Shown in pieces: positions 18,538-27,186 of a DNA stretch of 39,300 nucleotides. Source of the DNA: a bacterium (Candidatus Gribaldobacteria) CG10_big_fil_rev_8_21_14_0_10_37_21 (lineage in GTDB: Bacteria > Patescibacteriota > Minisyncoccia > Minisyncoccales > CG1-02-41-26); assembly GCA_002773495.1 (NCBI GenBank), contig PFAX01000037.1, forward strand, positions 1-39,300. Reading direction: 5' to 3'. Both the position numbers and the translations under genes were made by a program. The notes under the pieces are model-generated. The model was not told the DNA's origin and did no database searches. It worked only from the letters and a program-made list of their open reading frames with translations. Within the stretch, counting starts at the first letter, position 1. Every line of letters begins with the position of its first letter.

Positions 18538-19559
18538 AAGTTAAAAAGTTGTTTTTCGTTTAGAATAGTAGGTATCTTTTTTTTAAGGTGTTGAAAAGCA
18601 AGAGAGGTTGCTACCCTGCCTCTTGGTGTCCTTTCTATAAACCCCAAACGCATTAAATATGGCTCATAGACCTCTAAAATTGTGCTTTCTTCTTCAGCAA
18701 TAATAGCAGCTATGGCTTGTAAACCAACTGGCCCGCCATTAAACTTATCAATCATGGCCTCCAAAATTCGTAAATCATGCGAAGTTAAACCGAACTCGTC
18801 AATTTCAAGTGCTAAGAGCGCCTCTTTGGCTAAATATTCAGTTAAAACCCCCTCGCCTTTTATTTGGGCATAATCCCTGGCCCTTTTTAAGAGGTGATTG
18901 GCAACTCTTGGGGTAAACCTTGACCTTTTTGATAAAACATTCAAAGCGTCTTCGTTGGTTGATATTTTAAGGAGAGTTGAGGATCGTTGAAGTATTTTTT
19001 TTATATCTTCTTCTTCGTAAAAGTTTAAGCCAAGAATTGCCCCGAATCTTGTTCTTAAAGGTGAAGAAACAGAAGCTAATTTAGTGGTGGCCCCAATTAA
19101 AGTAAATCTCGGCAAGTCAAGGGTCATGGTTCTAGCCATTGGGCCCTTACCTAAGATTAAGTTTAGCTTAAAATCCTCCATAGCTGTGTATAAGCTTTCT
19201 TCTGTGGGCCTTGAAAGGCGGTGAATTTCGTCAATAAATAAAACAGAGCCCTCTTCTAAATTAGTTAAAATGGCCACCAAGTCCCCGGGCCTTTCAATAC
19301 CAGGACCTGCCACCACTTTTATTTCAGAGCTTACCTCTTGGGCGATTAAGTAAGCCAAGGTTGTTTTGCCAAGCCCTGGGTTTCCATACAAAAGCAAATG
19401 TTCCGGCGCTTCTTTTCGTTGCTTGGCAGCTTGCAACATAATTAAAATATTTTCTTTAATTTTATCTTGCCCAATATAGTCATCCCAAGACAAAGGCCTT
19501 AGGGTTACATCTAAGATATCTTCAGGAGCACTTGAGTTATTCTTTATTTCATCTATCAT
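18534..19559 (-). CDS. ruvB: Holliday junction branch migration helicase RuvB
   Basis: LRP..DYIGQ, GNPGLGKTTLA, FIDEIHR, IGATT, TPRVAN, EPYL, RTPRGR. Confidence 0.98.
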   Translation of the reverse strand: MIDEIKNNSSAPEDILDVTLRPLSWDDYIGQDKIKENILIMLQAAKQRKEAPEHLLLYGNPGLGKTTLAYLIAQEVSSEIKVVAGPGIERPGDLVAILTNLEEGSVLFIDEIHRLSRPTEESLYTAMEDFKLNLILGKGPMARTMTLDLPRFTLIGATTKLASVSSPLRTRFGAILGLNFYEEEDIKKILQRSSTLLKISTNEDALNVLSKRSRFTPRVANHLLKRARDYAQIKGEGVLTEYLAKEALLALEIDEFGLTSHDLRILEAMIDKFNGGPVGLQAIAAIIAEEESTILEVYEPYLMRLGFIERTPRGRVATSLAFQHLKKKIPTILNEKQLFNL

Positions 19560-19590
19560 TTTTTTAATTAAAAATTAGAAATTAATTATA

Positions 19591-19676
19591 TGTCCTACCT
19601 CTGTCCTACCTCATAAAAAAAGAGGGGGGTAGGACATTTTTTACAAGGTAGGACATAAATTTTAAGAGGTAGGACA
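19591..19676. repeat. Five copies of GGTAGGACA (two inverted, three direct); operator- or iteron-like
   Basis: TGTCCTACCTC at 19591-19601 and 19602-19612; GGTAGGACA at 19628, 19647, 19668. Confidence 0.85.
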
Positions 19677-19684
19677 AAAATCTC

Positions 19685-19713
19685 TTGACATTTATGTTAA
19701 AGTATACTATGAT
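19685..19713 (+). promoter_or_regulatory. Sigma70 promoter of candidate ncRNA
   Basis: TTGACA-17 nt-TATGAT; predicted start near 19720. Confidence 0.75.
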
Positions 19714-19719
19714 ACAAGC

Positions 19720-19832
19720 ATTAGCCCGCTGGCATTAGGAGTTTCACTTGGAATGGGTAAAAGGGTTTCGGCTTTTTTATTCCCCAAGAGTAATTCTGGC
19801 CCCCAAGGCAACTTGAGAGTCGGCGGGCTAAC
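19720..19832 (+). ncRNA. Candidate structured ncRNA of unknown family (~113 nt)
   Basis: 13-bp closing stem TTAGCCCGCTGGC/GTCGGCGGGCTAA with G-U pairs that work only on +; long inner arm capped by TTCG; short CAAG-GCAA-CTTG hairpin; flanked by promoter and terminator; no ORF of 60 aa or more. Confidence 0.7.
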
Positions 19833-19836
19833 TCCG

Positions 19837-19867
19837 CTCCCCACCTTTTTAGGTGGGGAGTTTTTTT
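19837..19867 (+). terminator. Intrinsic terminator of the candidate ncRNA
   Basis: CTCCCCACCT-TTTT-AGGTGGGGAG followed by T7. Confidence 0.85.
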
Positions 19868-19882
19868 GTTAAATAATTTTTT

Positions 19883-21091
19883 TTACATTAACAAAGGCAA
19901 TTTGCTATCGTCGAGCAAAATTTTTTGTAGCTTTTTTTTCGTAAAGCTATCATAATTATTTATCGCTTTCTCCATTAAGAAGAGGTACTCTTCATGCTGG
20001 TCGTCGGAATTGACCCATTCATTTGTCCAACGCATTGTAGCCATAATATTTTTCTTATAATCTATCTTTATAACTTTAAGAATTTTTCCTGTTTCTTCAA
20101 AAATTTTTTCTAACTCTTCTTTAGTTGCCCTTCCTCCGGAGCTATAAGAAAGTAAAATATACCTTGCTTGAGTGCTTTGTATCATTTTTTTTATTGCCTC
20201 GATCGCGATAAAATTACCTTTTTCATTTTTTCTGAATTCTTCAAATACGGAAGCCGAAACTAAATCCCTTGTGTCTTCTCTTCTGTTTACTTTTCCGAAT
20301 ATTGCGGGCTTGTCGTTTTTAATAACGGATGTCCAAATATGATAGTAAGAAGAATACCTAACTCTGCTCGGTGGCATTTTTTCGTTATTCGATCCATAAG
20401 GAGGGTCAAAATATGCAAGGTCAAAAGTATTATCTTTTAGGACTTTAAAAATATCATCTCTAATAACTTTATGTTTCCCGTTGGTTTTTTTTAATTCAGG
20501 AACCTTAAGGATTAAGTCATTATAAGAACGTTTAGACCAAGTAGAAAGATATGAAGCAAAGTGTCCAAGGGTGCTATCTACTGTGTCTAATGCGAGCAGT
20601 AAGCTTGTTAAAACAACAGATTGATCAATGTCATTTAATTTTAGCTCGTCAATTTTATCTCTTATTGCATCTAATTTTCTTGTATTTTTTATTTGAAAAG
20701 GCATTTTTATTTGTGTTGTTTCATCTCCGCCGTAATATTTAGTAAACCAGCCGTTGTACCCTTTAAGAGAATTAAGTTCGTCGAGTATATTTTGATAGTA
20801 TTTTTTATTTTTTCTATGCAACAAAAAACATTTTGCACATACCTCTGACCAGCAAGCAATATCGTTGGAAATGACATTGTAACCTGCTTGAGCCAATGCT
20901 TGGCTTACCCTTGTTGAGCCGCTGAATCCATCTAAAATAGTTCTAACCTCTAAATTTTTTATATTTTCTAAGATATAAGGGATTATTTTTAACTTAGACC
21001 CAGTATATTTTATACCCTGAGTTTTTATATAAGAAAAGTCCCTTTCATTAAATAGATTGAGATTTTTAAAAATACTAATTTCTTTTGGCAT
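19883..21091 (-). CDS. Adenine-specific DNA methyltransferase (D12 class), type II R-M
   Basis: KYTGSK, DGFSGSTRVS (SAM motif I), YFDPPY (catalytic), ILLSYS. Confidence 0.9.
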   Translation of the reverse strand: MPKEISIFKNLNLFNERDFSYIKTQGIKYTGSKLKIIPYILENIKNLEVRTILDGFSGSTRVSQALAQAGYNVISNDIACWSEVCAKCFLLHRKNKKYYQNILDELNSLKGYNGWFTKYYGGDETTQIKMPFQIKNTRKLDAIRDKIDELKLNDIDQSVVLTSLLLALDTVDSTLGHFASYLSTWSKRSYNDLILKVPELKKTNGKHKVIRDDIFKVLKDNTFDLAYFDPPYGSNNEKMPPSRVRYSSYYHIWTSVIKNDKPAIFGKVNRREDTRDLVSASVFEEFRKNEKGNFIAIEAIKKMIQSTQARYILLSYSSGGRATKEELEKIFEETGKILKVIKIDYKKNIMATMRWTNEWVNSDDQHEEYLFLMEKAINNYDSFTKKKLQKILLDDSKLPLLM

Positions 21092-21092
21092 G

Positions 21093-21944
21093 CTATGTTT
21101 TTTTTAATTTTTCAATATCTTTCTGCAAAATTTTATTTGCTTCCTCGTGGCCTGCTTCGGTGCTATTTAACGCAAGACTAAATAATTTTACTAATGTGTG
21201 ATTATGAGAGTAATCAATCCAGCCGTTTGTGATGCTGTCAAAATAATTAGTAGCGTTTTTTGTTTGTGTCCAAAGGCCTCTTTGCAATGCGTTTGCTGAC
21301 GCACCACCATAACGAACCTCGCAGATATAACTATTATCTTTATCTAAAAACATGAAAATTGGATGCTTCCTGCTCTTACCTTTGCCATGACTAGTAAGAT
21401 TTTTTCCCTTGCCTATATATAAAATTTGGGTAGTTTGCCGGCTTGCTTTTTCATGGTCAAAAACCATTATATTGCATCGTTTATTTTTTTCATCATAAAT
21501 AAGAGGCATGACATTAATATTGTTAAATTCTGAAAAAGCCGAAGAAGAAAATATTTTCACAATTTTTTTCCTATCCGTAATCCTTTTCCCTTGTCTTTCA
21601 AGATAGGGAAACATTTTTTGGTCCCTGTCGGTTGAAAGTTGCAATGGACCATCTCCATACGCCTTTAAGCTAACTGGAAACTTTGATTTTGTTATTTCAT
21701 TGATAATAACAATATCTTCCTCATGTTCTTTAGCTCTAAAGAGGTCTTTTCCAATATGAACACTTTTAAAATCATACATAAACTGATTGATAAATTCAGC
21801 GATACCTATTTCAGCTAAATCGCCATGAGTTTTGTTGCCAATTAATCTCATTGTAAATATATTAGATAATGTGTTTACGACTAAATTTTTATGCTTGCTT
21901 GTTAGCACCTTAAACCTATTTTGAAAATCTTTATATGGATTCAT
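21093..21944 (-). CDS. Putative type II restriction endonuclease
   Basis: Ends 1 nt upstream of the MTase start; GDLAE..EDIV..VSLK resembles a variant PD-(D/E)XK core. Assignment mainly by context. Confidence 0.55.
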   Translation of the reverse strand: MNPYKDFQNRFKVLTSKHKNLVVNTLSNIFTMRLIGNKTHGDLAEIGIAEFINQFMYDFKSVHIGKDLFRAKEHEEDIVIINEITKSKFPVSLKAYGDGPLQLSTDRDQKMFPYLERQGKRITDRKKIVKIFSSSAFSEFNNINVMPLIYDEKNKRCNIMVFDHEKASRQTTQILYIGKGKNLTSHGKGKSRKHPIFMFLDKDNSYICEVRYGGASANALQRGLWTQTKNATNYFDSITNGWIDYSHNHTLVKLFSLALNSTEAGHEEANKILQKDIEKLKKT

Positions 21945-21984
21945 AGTTTTATTTAGTTTTTACTTTATATTGTTTAGTTTGTTG

Positions 21985-23286
21985 TTATTCTTTGCCAACT
22001 TCTTTGCTTACTTCTTTCAGGGTTGTGATTCTTTTTAAAGTTTTTATTAAACCGTCTTGAAGCATAGTTGTCATTCCTTTTCTTTTAGCTTCTGCTTTTA
22101 AATTAACAATGGAAGGGCCTTTATTAATAAAGTTTTCCATTTCGTCGTCAACTAAAAGAAATTCATAAACCCCAATTCTTCCTTTATAACCTATTTGATT
22201 ACAACTTTCGCAACCTTGAGCCGTTAAAACTTTTGTTTTTTCAGTTACTTTTTCACAAATTCCTTTTTTGAAAAGGTTTTCTAAGTTTTTATTTATGAAG
22301 GTTGCTTCTTCCAAAGAAAGGTTTTTTTCTTTTGCACATTGTGGGCAAACTTTACGTAAAAGCCGTTGGGCAATAACTAAATTAAGAGCTGGGGCAATAT
22401 TCTCTGCTTTTTCCCCAAGAGCTTGTAATCTGGAAATAGTGCCAGCAGCGTCATTCGTGTGAAGGGTTGTTAAAACCAAGTGTCCAGTCATAGCGGCTTG
22501 AATAGCAATGTTGGCTGTTTGCTGGTCCCTTATTTCTCCCACCAGTATTACATCAGGGTCTTGCCTGACTATCGTGGCCAAGCCGGTGGCAAAATCATAG
22601 CCCTTTGTTTCATCAACCTGGCTTTGAGAAACCCCAGCCAAGCGGTATTCAATAGGATTTTCTATAGTAATTATTTTTATGTCAGAGGCGTTAATTGTTT
22701 TTAAAATACCGTAAAGCGAAGTTGTTTTACCAGATCCTGTGGGGCCAGTTGAAATTATCATTCCATTTGGTTTTTTAATTTCTTCTTTTAAAATTCGGGC
22801 CATGTCGTCTCTTAAGCCCAGCTCATTTAAGCTAATAAGGTTTTTTGGGTTAAGGAGCCGCATTACAATTGTTTCACCAAATTCAGAAGGCAGGGTTGAA
22901 GTTCTTATTTCAATTTCGGTCTTTCCCGCTAAAATAGCAAACCTGCCGTCTTGGGGTTTTTGGGTTATATTTAGTTTAACAGAAGAAAAAAGTTTAAGGC
23001 GATTTAAGGCCTGTAAATAAGTTTCTTTTGCAAGAACTCCCGCATCAAAGAGCGCTCCGTCAAGCCGTAAGCGAACTTTTGTCTGATTGGCCTCTACTTC
23101 TAAGTGAATGTCCGAAGCTTCGAGGGAAAGGGCGCCAAAAAGTAAAGCACTTAACAATAAGCTTATATTTGTTCCTTTGTTTTTTTCAAGCTCTGCTTGA
23201 AAGGCCTTAATGTTCTTAATGTTTTTTTTTATCTGGGACATCAGGTCGCAGCTAATTTGAAGTTGGGTTTTTAGCTTTTCTGCCAT
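21985..23286 (-). CDS. pilB: GspE/PilB family pilus/secretion ATPase
   Basis: ASDIH, PQDGR, GPTGSGKTT, RQDPDVILVGEIRD, TGHLVLTTLH, CPQC/CESC, GYKGR. Confidence 0.9.
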   Translation of the reverse strand: MAEKLKTQLQISCDLMSQIKKNIKNIKAFQAELEKNKGTNISLLLSALLFGALSLEASDIHLEVEANQTKVRLRLDGALFDAGVLAKETYLQALNRLKLFSSVKLNITQKPQDGRFAILAGKTEIEIRTSTLPSEFGETIVMRLLNPKNLISLNELGLRDDMARILKEEIKKPNGMIISTGPTGSGKTTSLYGILKTINASDIKIITIENPIEYRLAGVSQSQVDETKGYDFATGLATIVRQDPDVILVGEIRDQQTANIAIQAAMTGHLVLTTLHTNDAAGTISRLQALGEKAENIAPALNLVIAQRLLRKVCPQCAKEKNLSLEEATFINKNLENLFKKGICEKVTEKTKVLTAQGCESCNQIGYKGRIGVYEFLLVDDEMENFINKGPSIVNLKAEAKRKGMTTMLQDGLIKTLKRITTLKEVSKEVGKE

Positions 23287-23336
23287 ATTTTATTTTAATT
23301 TTAAATTTATAATTTCAAATGAGGAAAACTAAATAA

Positions 23337-24449
23337 TTAATAAATTAATTTTTTAATTTCTGCTTTAGCTGCTTCAATATTTGTAAAAGGGGTTTTAAAT
23401 AAAAGCCAATTCTCTTTTGCCTGGGCTTGGAACTTTACTGCAAGCACTTTTTTCTTTTCTAAGTTGTTTTTTGAATAAAGAATACCCCTTACAGCTAAAG
23501 GCGAAGAGTTTTGTTCCCAAAGCACAAGGAGTTCTTTTTCATCTTGCAGTATGGGGGAAAATCTTTTTAAAATAAAGGGTATTTGCTCAAGCCCCACTTC
23601 GAACTTGCCAAAATCATTTTTTGAAAAAGCAAAAAGAAGGTTGTCGCAATTTTTAGAAAAAGCTTCTAATAAGGAAAAATAAAAAAACCGTTCTTCTTTG
23701 TTTTCAATACCACATAACCACTTCTCCAAAGTTTCTTTTTCTTCTAAAGAAAGTATTGCTTTTAAAGAGTTTATTTGTTCAAGTGTTTTTGTTTTTAGAG
23801 GAATGTTTCTAAAAGAAAAGGTCTCTTTTAAAAAAGCTAAAAGCAGGGGTAGAGCGGGTAGCTTATCTGTCTCGTTCTTTTTTAAAAGGTTAATTATCTC
23901 GAAAATATTTTTTGAAACTAAAGAACAAGGGTTTGTTAAGTTTACTTGCCCAAAGTTTCTGTTTTCTTTTGAGTTATCTATATTTAAGACCAAAAAAGTT
24001 TTATTTGGTAAAGAAGAAACATCATTTAAGCTCGTCGCCCCTACGGTTATTAAAAGAGTTTCCTTTTCCGTTGGTTTTAAGGAAATATTTTCTTTTTTAA
24101 GGTTTCCAGCTCCCGAGAGAAAAATATTTAAGGTTGTGTCTGTTTTTTCGTACGAAACAGCGGAAAGCTTGAGCCCGTCTTGTTCTTTAATTGAAAGAAC
24201 AAAATCAGCCCTTAGAGAAGGCGTTTCTTCGCCTTTTAAAAAGTTTTCTATGTTTAAAGGGGAGCAATCACTTTTTAAAGAATTATTTAAAATGCTTGCA
24301 TTTTTATTTAAATTTTCTAAGCTAAATAAAAGAGACATTGCTAAAAAACACGGAGAGGGGTTGTTTTTTAGAGAATAAAAAATTAGAATATCATTGTATT
24401 CTTCAATATACTTTTTTATCCTCTTAATTTCTGCGATTGGTGTTGTCAT
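23337..24449 (-). CDS. Degenerate DHH-family (NrnA-like) protein
   Basis: LLITVG and VLNIDNSKENRNFGQVNL resemble the IxIDHH..N..FG.xN segment, but catalytic residues are not retained. Confidence 0.5.
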   Translation of the reverse strand: MTTPIAEIKRIKKYIEEYNDILIFYSLKNNPSPCFLAMSLLFSLENLNKNASILNNSLKSDCSPLNIENFLKGEETPSLRADFVLSIKEQDGLKLSAVSYEKTDTTLNIFLSGAGNLKKENISLKPTEKETLLITVGATSLNDVSSLPNKTFLVLNIDNSKENRNFGQVNLTNPCSLVSKNIFEIINLLKKNETDKLPALPLLLAFLKETFSFRNIPLKTKTLEQINSLKAILSLEEKETLEKWLCGIENKEERFFYFSLLEAFSKNCDNLLFAFSKNDFGKFEVGLEQIPFILKRFSPILQDEKELLVLWEQNSSPLAVRGILYSKNNLEKKKVLAVKFQAQAKENWLLFKTPFTNIEAAKAEIKKLIY

Positions 24450-24471
24450 TTAACTTAATTTATCTTAAAAT

Positions 24472-24942
24472 ATGGCTTTTGTCAATCAAATAATTCTAAC
24501 TAAAACAGCCAAAGAGACCGAACAAATTGGCGAAAAAATAGCGAAAGAGCTTATAAAAGAGGGACTAACTAGAACAGCCACCTGTGTTTGTTTAGAAGGC
24601 AATTTAGGGGCTGGCAAAACCACTTTTGCTAAGGGGTTTGCCAAAGGGTTGGGCATAAAAGAAATAATTATCAGCCCCACTTTTGCTATTCTGAAAAGAT
24701 TCAAGATTCAAGATTCAAGATTCAAGAATTTTTATCATATTGATGCTTATCGGTTGCAGGGGGGCAAAGACGCAGAAGCTTTAAACTTAAAAGAGGTTTT
24801 AGCTAACCCAACTAACCTTGTTTTGATTGAATGGCCTAATAATCTTAAAGTTCTCTTGAAGGGAGAATTTTTAACTATTAATTTTGATTTTTTAACTGAA
24901 AAAAAACGTTCTTTAAATTTTTCAAAGCCCATGGTAAAATAG
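24472..24942 (+). CDS. tsaE: tRNA t6A biosynthesis ATPase TsaE
   Basis: LEGNLGAGKTTF, SPTF, YHIDAYRL, LIEWP. Confidence 0.96.
   Translation: MAFVNQIILTKTAKETEQIGEKIAKELIKEGLTRTATCVCLEGNLGAGKTTFAKGFAKGLGIKEIIISPTFAILKRFKIQDSRFKNFYHIDAYRLQGGKDAEALNLKEVLANPTNLVLIEWPNNLKVLLKGEFLTINFDFLTEKKRSLNFSKPMVK
24696..24730 (+). repeat. Heptamer tandem repeat (AAGATTC)x4 plus AAGAATT inside tsaE
   Basis: Direct reading; translates as KRFKIQDSRFKN. Confidence 0.9.
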
Positions 24943-24946
24943 GGCA

Positions 24947-27181
24947 ATGCAAGAGAATAATAAAAGTAAAAAGTTTTTAATTATTGATTCTAATGCGGTA
25001 ATACATCGGGCTTTCCACGCTTTACCGCCCCTCAAAACCCAGAAAGGTGAAATAGTCAATGCTATTTATGGGTTTTGTTTGATTTTATTTAAGACATTAA
25101 AAGATATTAAGCCCGATTTTGTCGTGGCTTGCTTTGATGTAAAAGCCCCCACCTTAAAGCACGCAATGTCTCCCCTTTATAAAGCCAAGAGAAAAAAAGC
25201 GCCTGATGAATTATATTCGCAAATTGACGGAGTTAAAAAGATTTTGAATGTTTTTGGCATCCCTGTTTTTGAAAAGCCGGGCTATGAAGCTGATGATTTA
25301 ATCGCTGAGTTAGCCATCAAGATTCAAGCAAAACAAGTTAAGCCTAAGCTTGAAACGATTATTTTAACGGGTGATAATGACGCTTTACAATTAGTTAACA
25401 AAGTAACCAAAGTTTTTTTCTTAAGAAGGGGGGTAAAAGATATTGTTCTCTTTGGTGAGAAAGAAGTTAAAGAAAAATACCAAGGGCTTTTACCTTATCA
25501 ATTAACAGATTTTCGAGCTTTGCGAGGCGACCCATCAGACAATATTCCAGGGGTAACTGGGATTGGCGAGAAAACAGCGATTGAGCTTTTAAATAAATTT
25601 ACCTCATTAGAAAATATTTACCAAGTAATTGAAGAAAAAAGCAAAAAGTTAAAAGAAATCAAACCAGCTGTTTTAGAGAAATTAATTAAGTATAAGGAGC
25701 AGGCCCTTCTTTCAAAGGATTTAGCCACCCCTAATCTTAATTCAGGCACTTCTTTCTCTTTAGAAAAACTTGCTTTTGGTAGTTTTAAAAAAGAAGAGGT
25801 TGAAGGCATTTTAAAAGAGTTTGAATTTTTTGCTTTGTTAAATAAAATTCCTTCAAAAGGTGTTTTTCAGCAAGCAGAGATGTTCTCTCCTTTAAAGGCA
25901 GAAAACAAGACCGAACAAGAGATAGAAGCAATGGAGAATCAGGGAGTTTTTTCTAAAAAAGTGGTTTTGCTTGAAAAGGACTTAATCCCAGTAGTTAAAC
26001 AAATGGAACAAAATGGGATTAAAGTTGATGTTAAAAGCTTAACCCATCTTTCTAATAAGCTAACTAAAGAGCTTGCCTTGTTTAAAAAAGAGATTTACCA
26101 AAAAGCCGGTAAAGAATTTAACATTAATTCTTCCCAGCAACTTTCAGACATTCTTTTTTCGGAGCTTAAAATTTCAACGGATAAAGTTAAGAAAACCCCG
26201 AAAGGGGCTTTATCAACTAACATAAAAGAACTTGTCAAACTAAAGGGCGAGCATCCCTTAATTGATTTCTTAATAAAATACCGAGAGCTTTTTAAACTTA
26301 AAACTGGTTTTGTTGACGCTTTACCTAGAGTAATCAATTCAAAAACAGGTAGAATTCATCCAAAGTTTCATCAATTAGGCACAGAGACAGGTAGGATGAG
26401 TTGTTCTTCGCCTAATTTGCAAAATATTCCAGTTAAAGGTGAGATGGGTAAAGAGATAAGAAAATGTTTTATAGCTGAAGATGGCTTTGCGTTTGTCTCA
26501 GCTGACTATTCCCAAATGGAACTTAAAATAGCGGCGCATCTTTCTAGGGATTTAAAAATGATTAAGGCCTTCAAAGAAGGCAAAGATATTCATATTTTAA
26601 CAGCGAGTGAAATTTTCAATAAGCCCCAAAAGGACATCACGAAAGAGGATCGCAATTTAGCTAAAACCTTAAACTTTGGGATTCTTTACGGGATGGGGCC
26701 AGTTTCTTTTAGCCAACAGGCCGGGCTTTCAAGAAAAATAGCCAAAGAGTTTATTGAAAAATATTTTACTCAATTTAGCCAATTAAAAAGTTTTATTGAA
26801 GAGCAAAAAGGGAAGGCCCTAAAGGATGGCTTCACAGAAACTATCCTTGGCAGAAAGAGGTTTTTTTTAGAAATAAACTCAAGAGACCAACGAATTAGAG
26901 CACAAGCAGAAAGAATGGCCGTTAATTTGCCCTTACAAGGATCAGCAGCTGAAATTATGAAAATGGCTATGCTGAGAATAGCTAAACAAGGGGTGCTTAA
27001 TAAAAATTGTAAATTACTCTTGCAAATTCATGATGAGTTTTTATTTGAAATAAAGAGTGAGTTGGCCAAAACAACTTCTCTTAAAATAAAAAATATTATG
27101 GAAGGGGTTATAAAAATGGAGTTTCCCTTAACAGTTGAAGTTAAAACTGGCCCTGATTGGGGGTCTTTAGAATTAATTTAA
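24947..27181 (+). CDS. polA: DNA polymerase I, compact (5'-3' exonuclease + polymerase)
   Basis: RAFHA, YKAKR, EADD, GDPSDNIPGV; TGRMS..PNLQNIP, ADYSQME, KTLNFGILYG, QIHDE. Confidence 0.96.
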   Translation: MQENNKSKKFLIIDSNAVIHRAFHALPPLKTQKGEIVNAIYGFCLILFKTLKDIKPDFVVACFDVKAPTLKHAMSPLYKAKRKKAPDELYSQIDGVKKILNVFGIPVFEKPGYEADDLIAELAIKIQAKQVKPKLETIILTGDNDALQLVNKVTKVFFLRRGVKDIVLFGEKEVKEKYQGLLPYQLTDFRALRGDPSDNIPGVTGIGEKTAIELLNKFTSLENIYQVIEEKSKKLKEIKPAVLEKLIKYKEQALLSKDLATPNLNSGTSFSLEKLAFGSFKKEEVEGILKEFEFFALLNKIPSKGVFQQAEMFSPLKAENKTEQEIEAMENQGVFSKKVVLLEKDLIPVVKQMEQNGIKVDVKSLTHLSNKLTKELALFKKEIYQKAGKEFNINSSQQLSDILFSELKISTDKVKKTPKGALSTNIKELVKLKGEHPLIDFLIKYRELFKLKTGFVDALPRVINSKTGRIHPKFHQLGTETGRMSCSSPNLQNIPVKGEMGKEIRKCFIAEDGFAFVSADYSQMELKIAAHLSRDLKMIKAFKEGKDIHILTASEIFNKPQKDITKEDRNLAKTLNFGILYGMGPVSFSQQAGLSRKIAKEFIEKYFTQFSQLKSFIEEQKGKALKDGFTETILGRKRFFLEINSRDQRIRAQAERMAVNLPLQGSAAEIMKMAMLRIAKQGVLNKNCKLLLQIHDEFLFEIKSELAKTTSLKIKNIMEGVIKMEFPLTVEVKTGPDWGSLELI

Positions 27182-27186
27182 TTAAT

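Noticed and set aside
19591..19676. CRISPR array
   Set aside because: Units are 9-11 bp, in mixed orientation, with spacers of 0-15 nt; no cas genes in the window.
19720..19832. 5S rRNA, SRP RNA, tRNA or hammerhead identity for the ncRNA
   Set aside because: Lacks the 5S CCGAAC loop, the SRP CAGG..GGAA..AGCA motif, a tRNA cloverleaf and the CTGATGA hammerhead core.
23698..24378. 226-aa plus-strand ORF
   Set aside because: Phe/Ser-rich antisense shadow of the DHH-like gene with no recognisable motifs.
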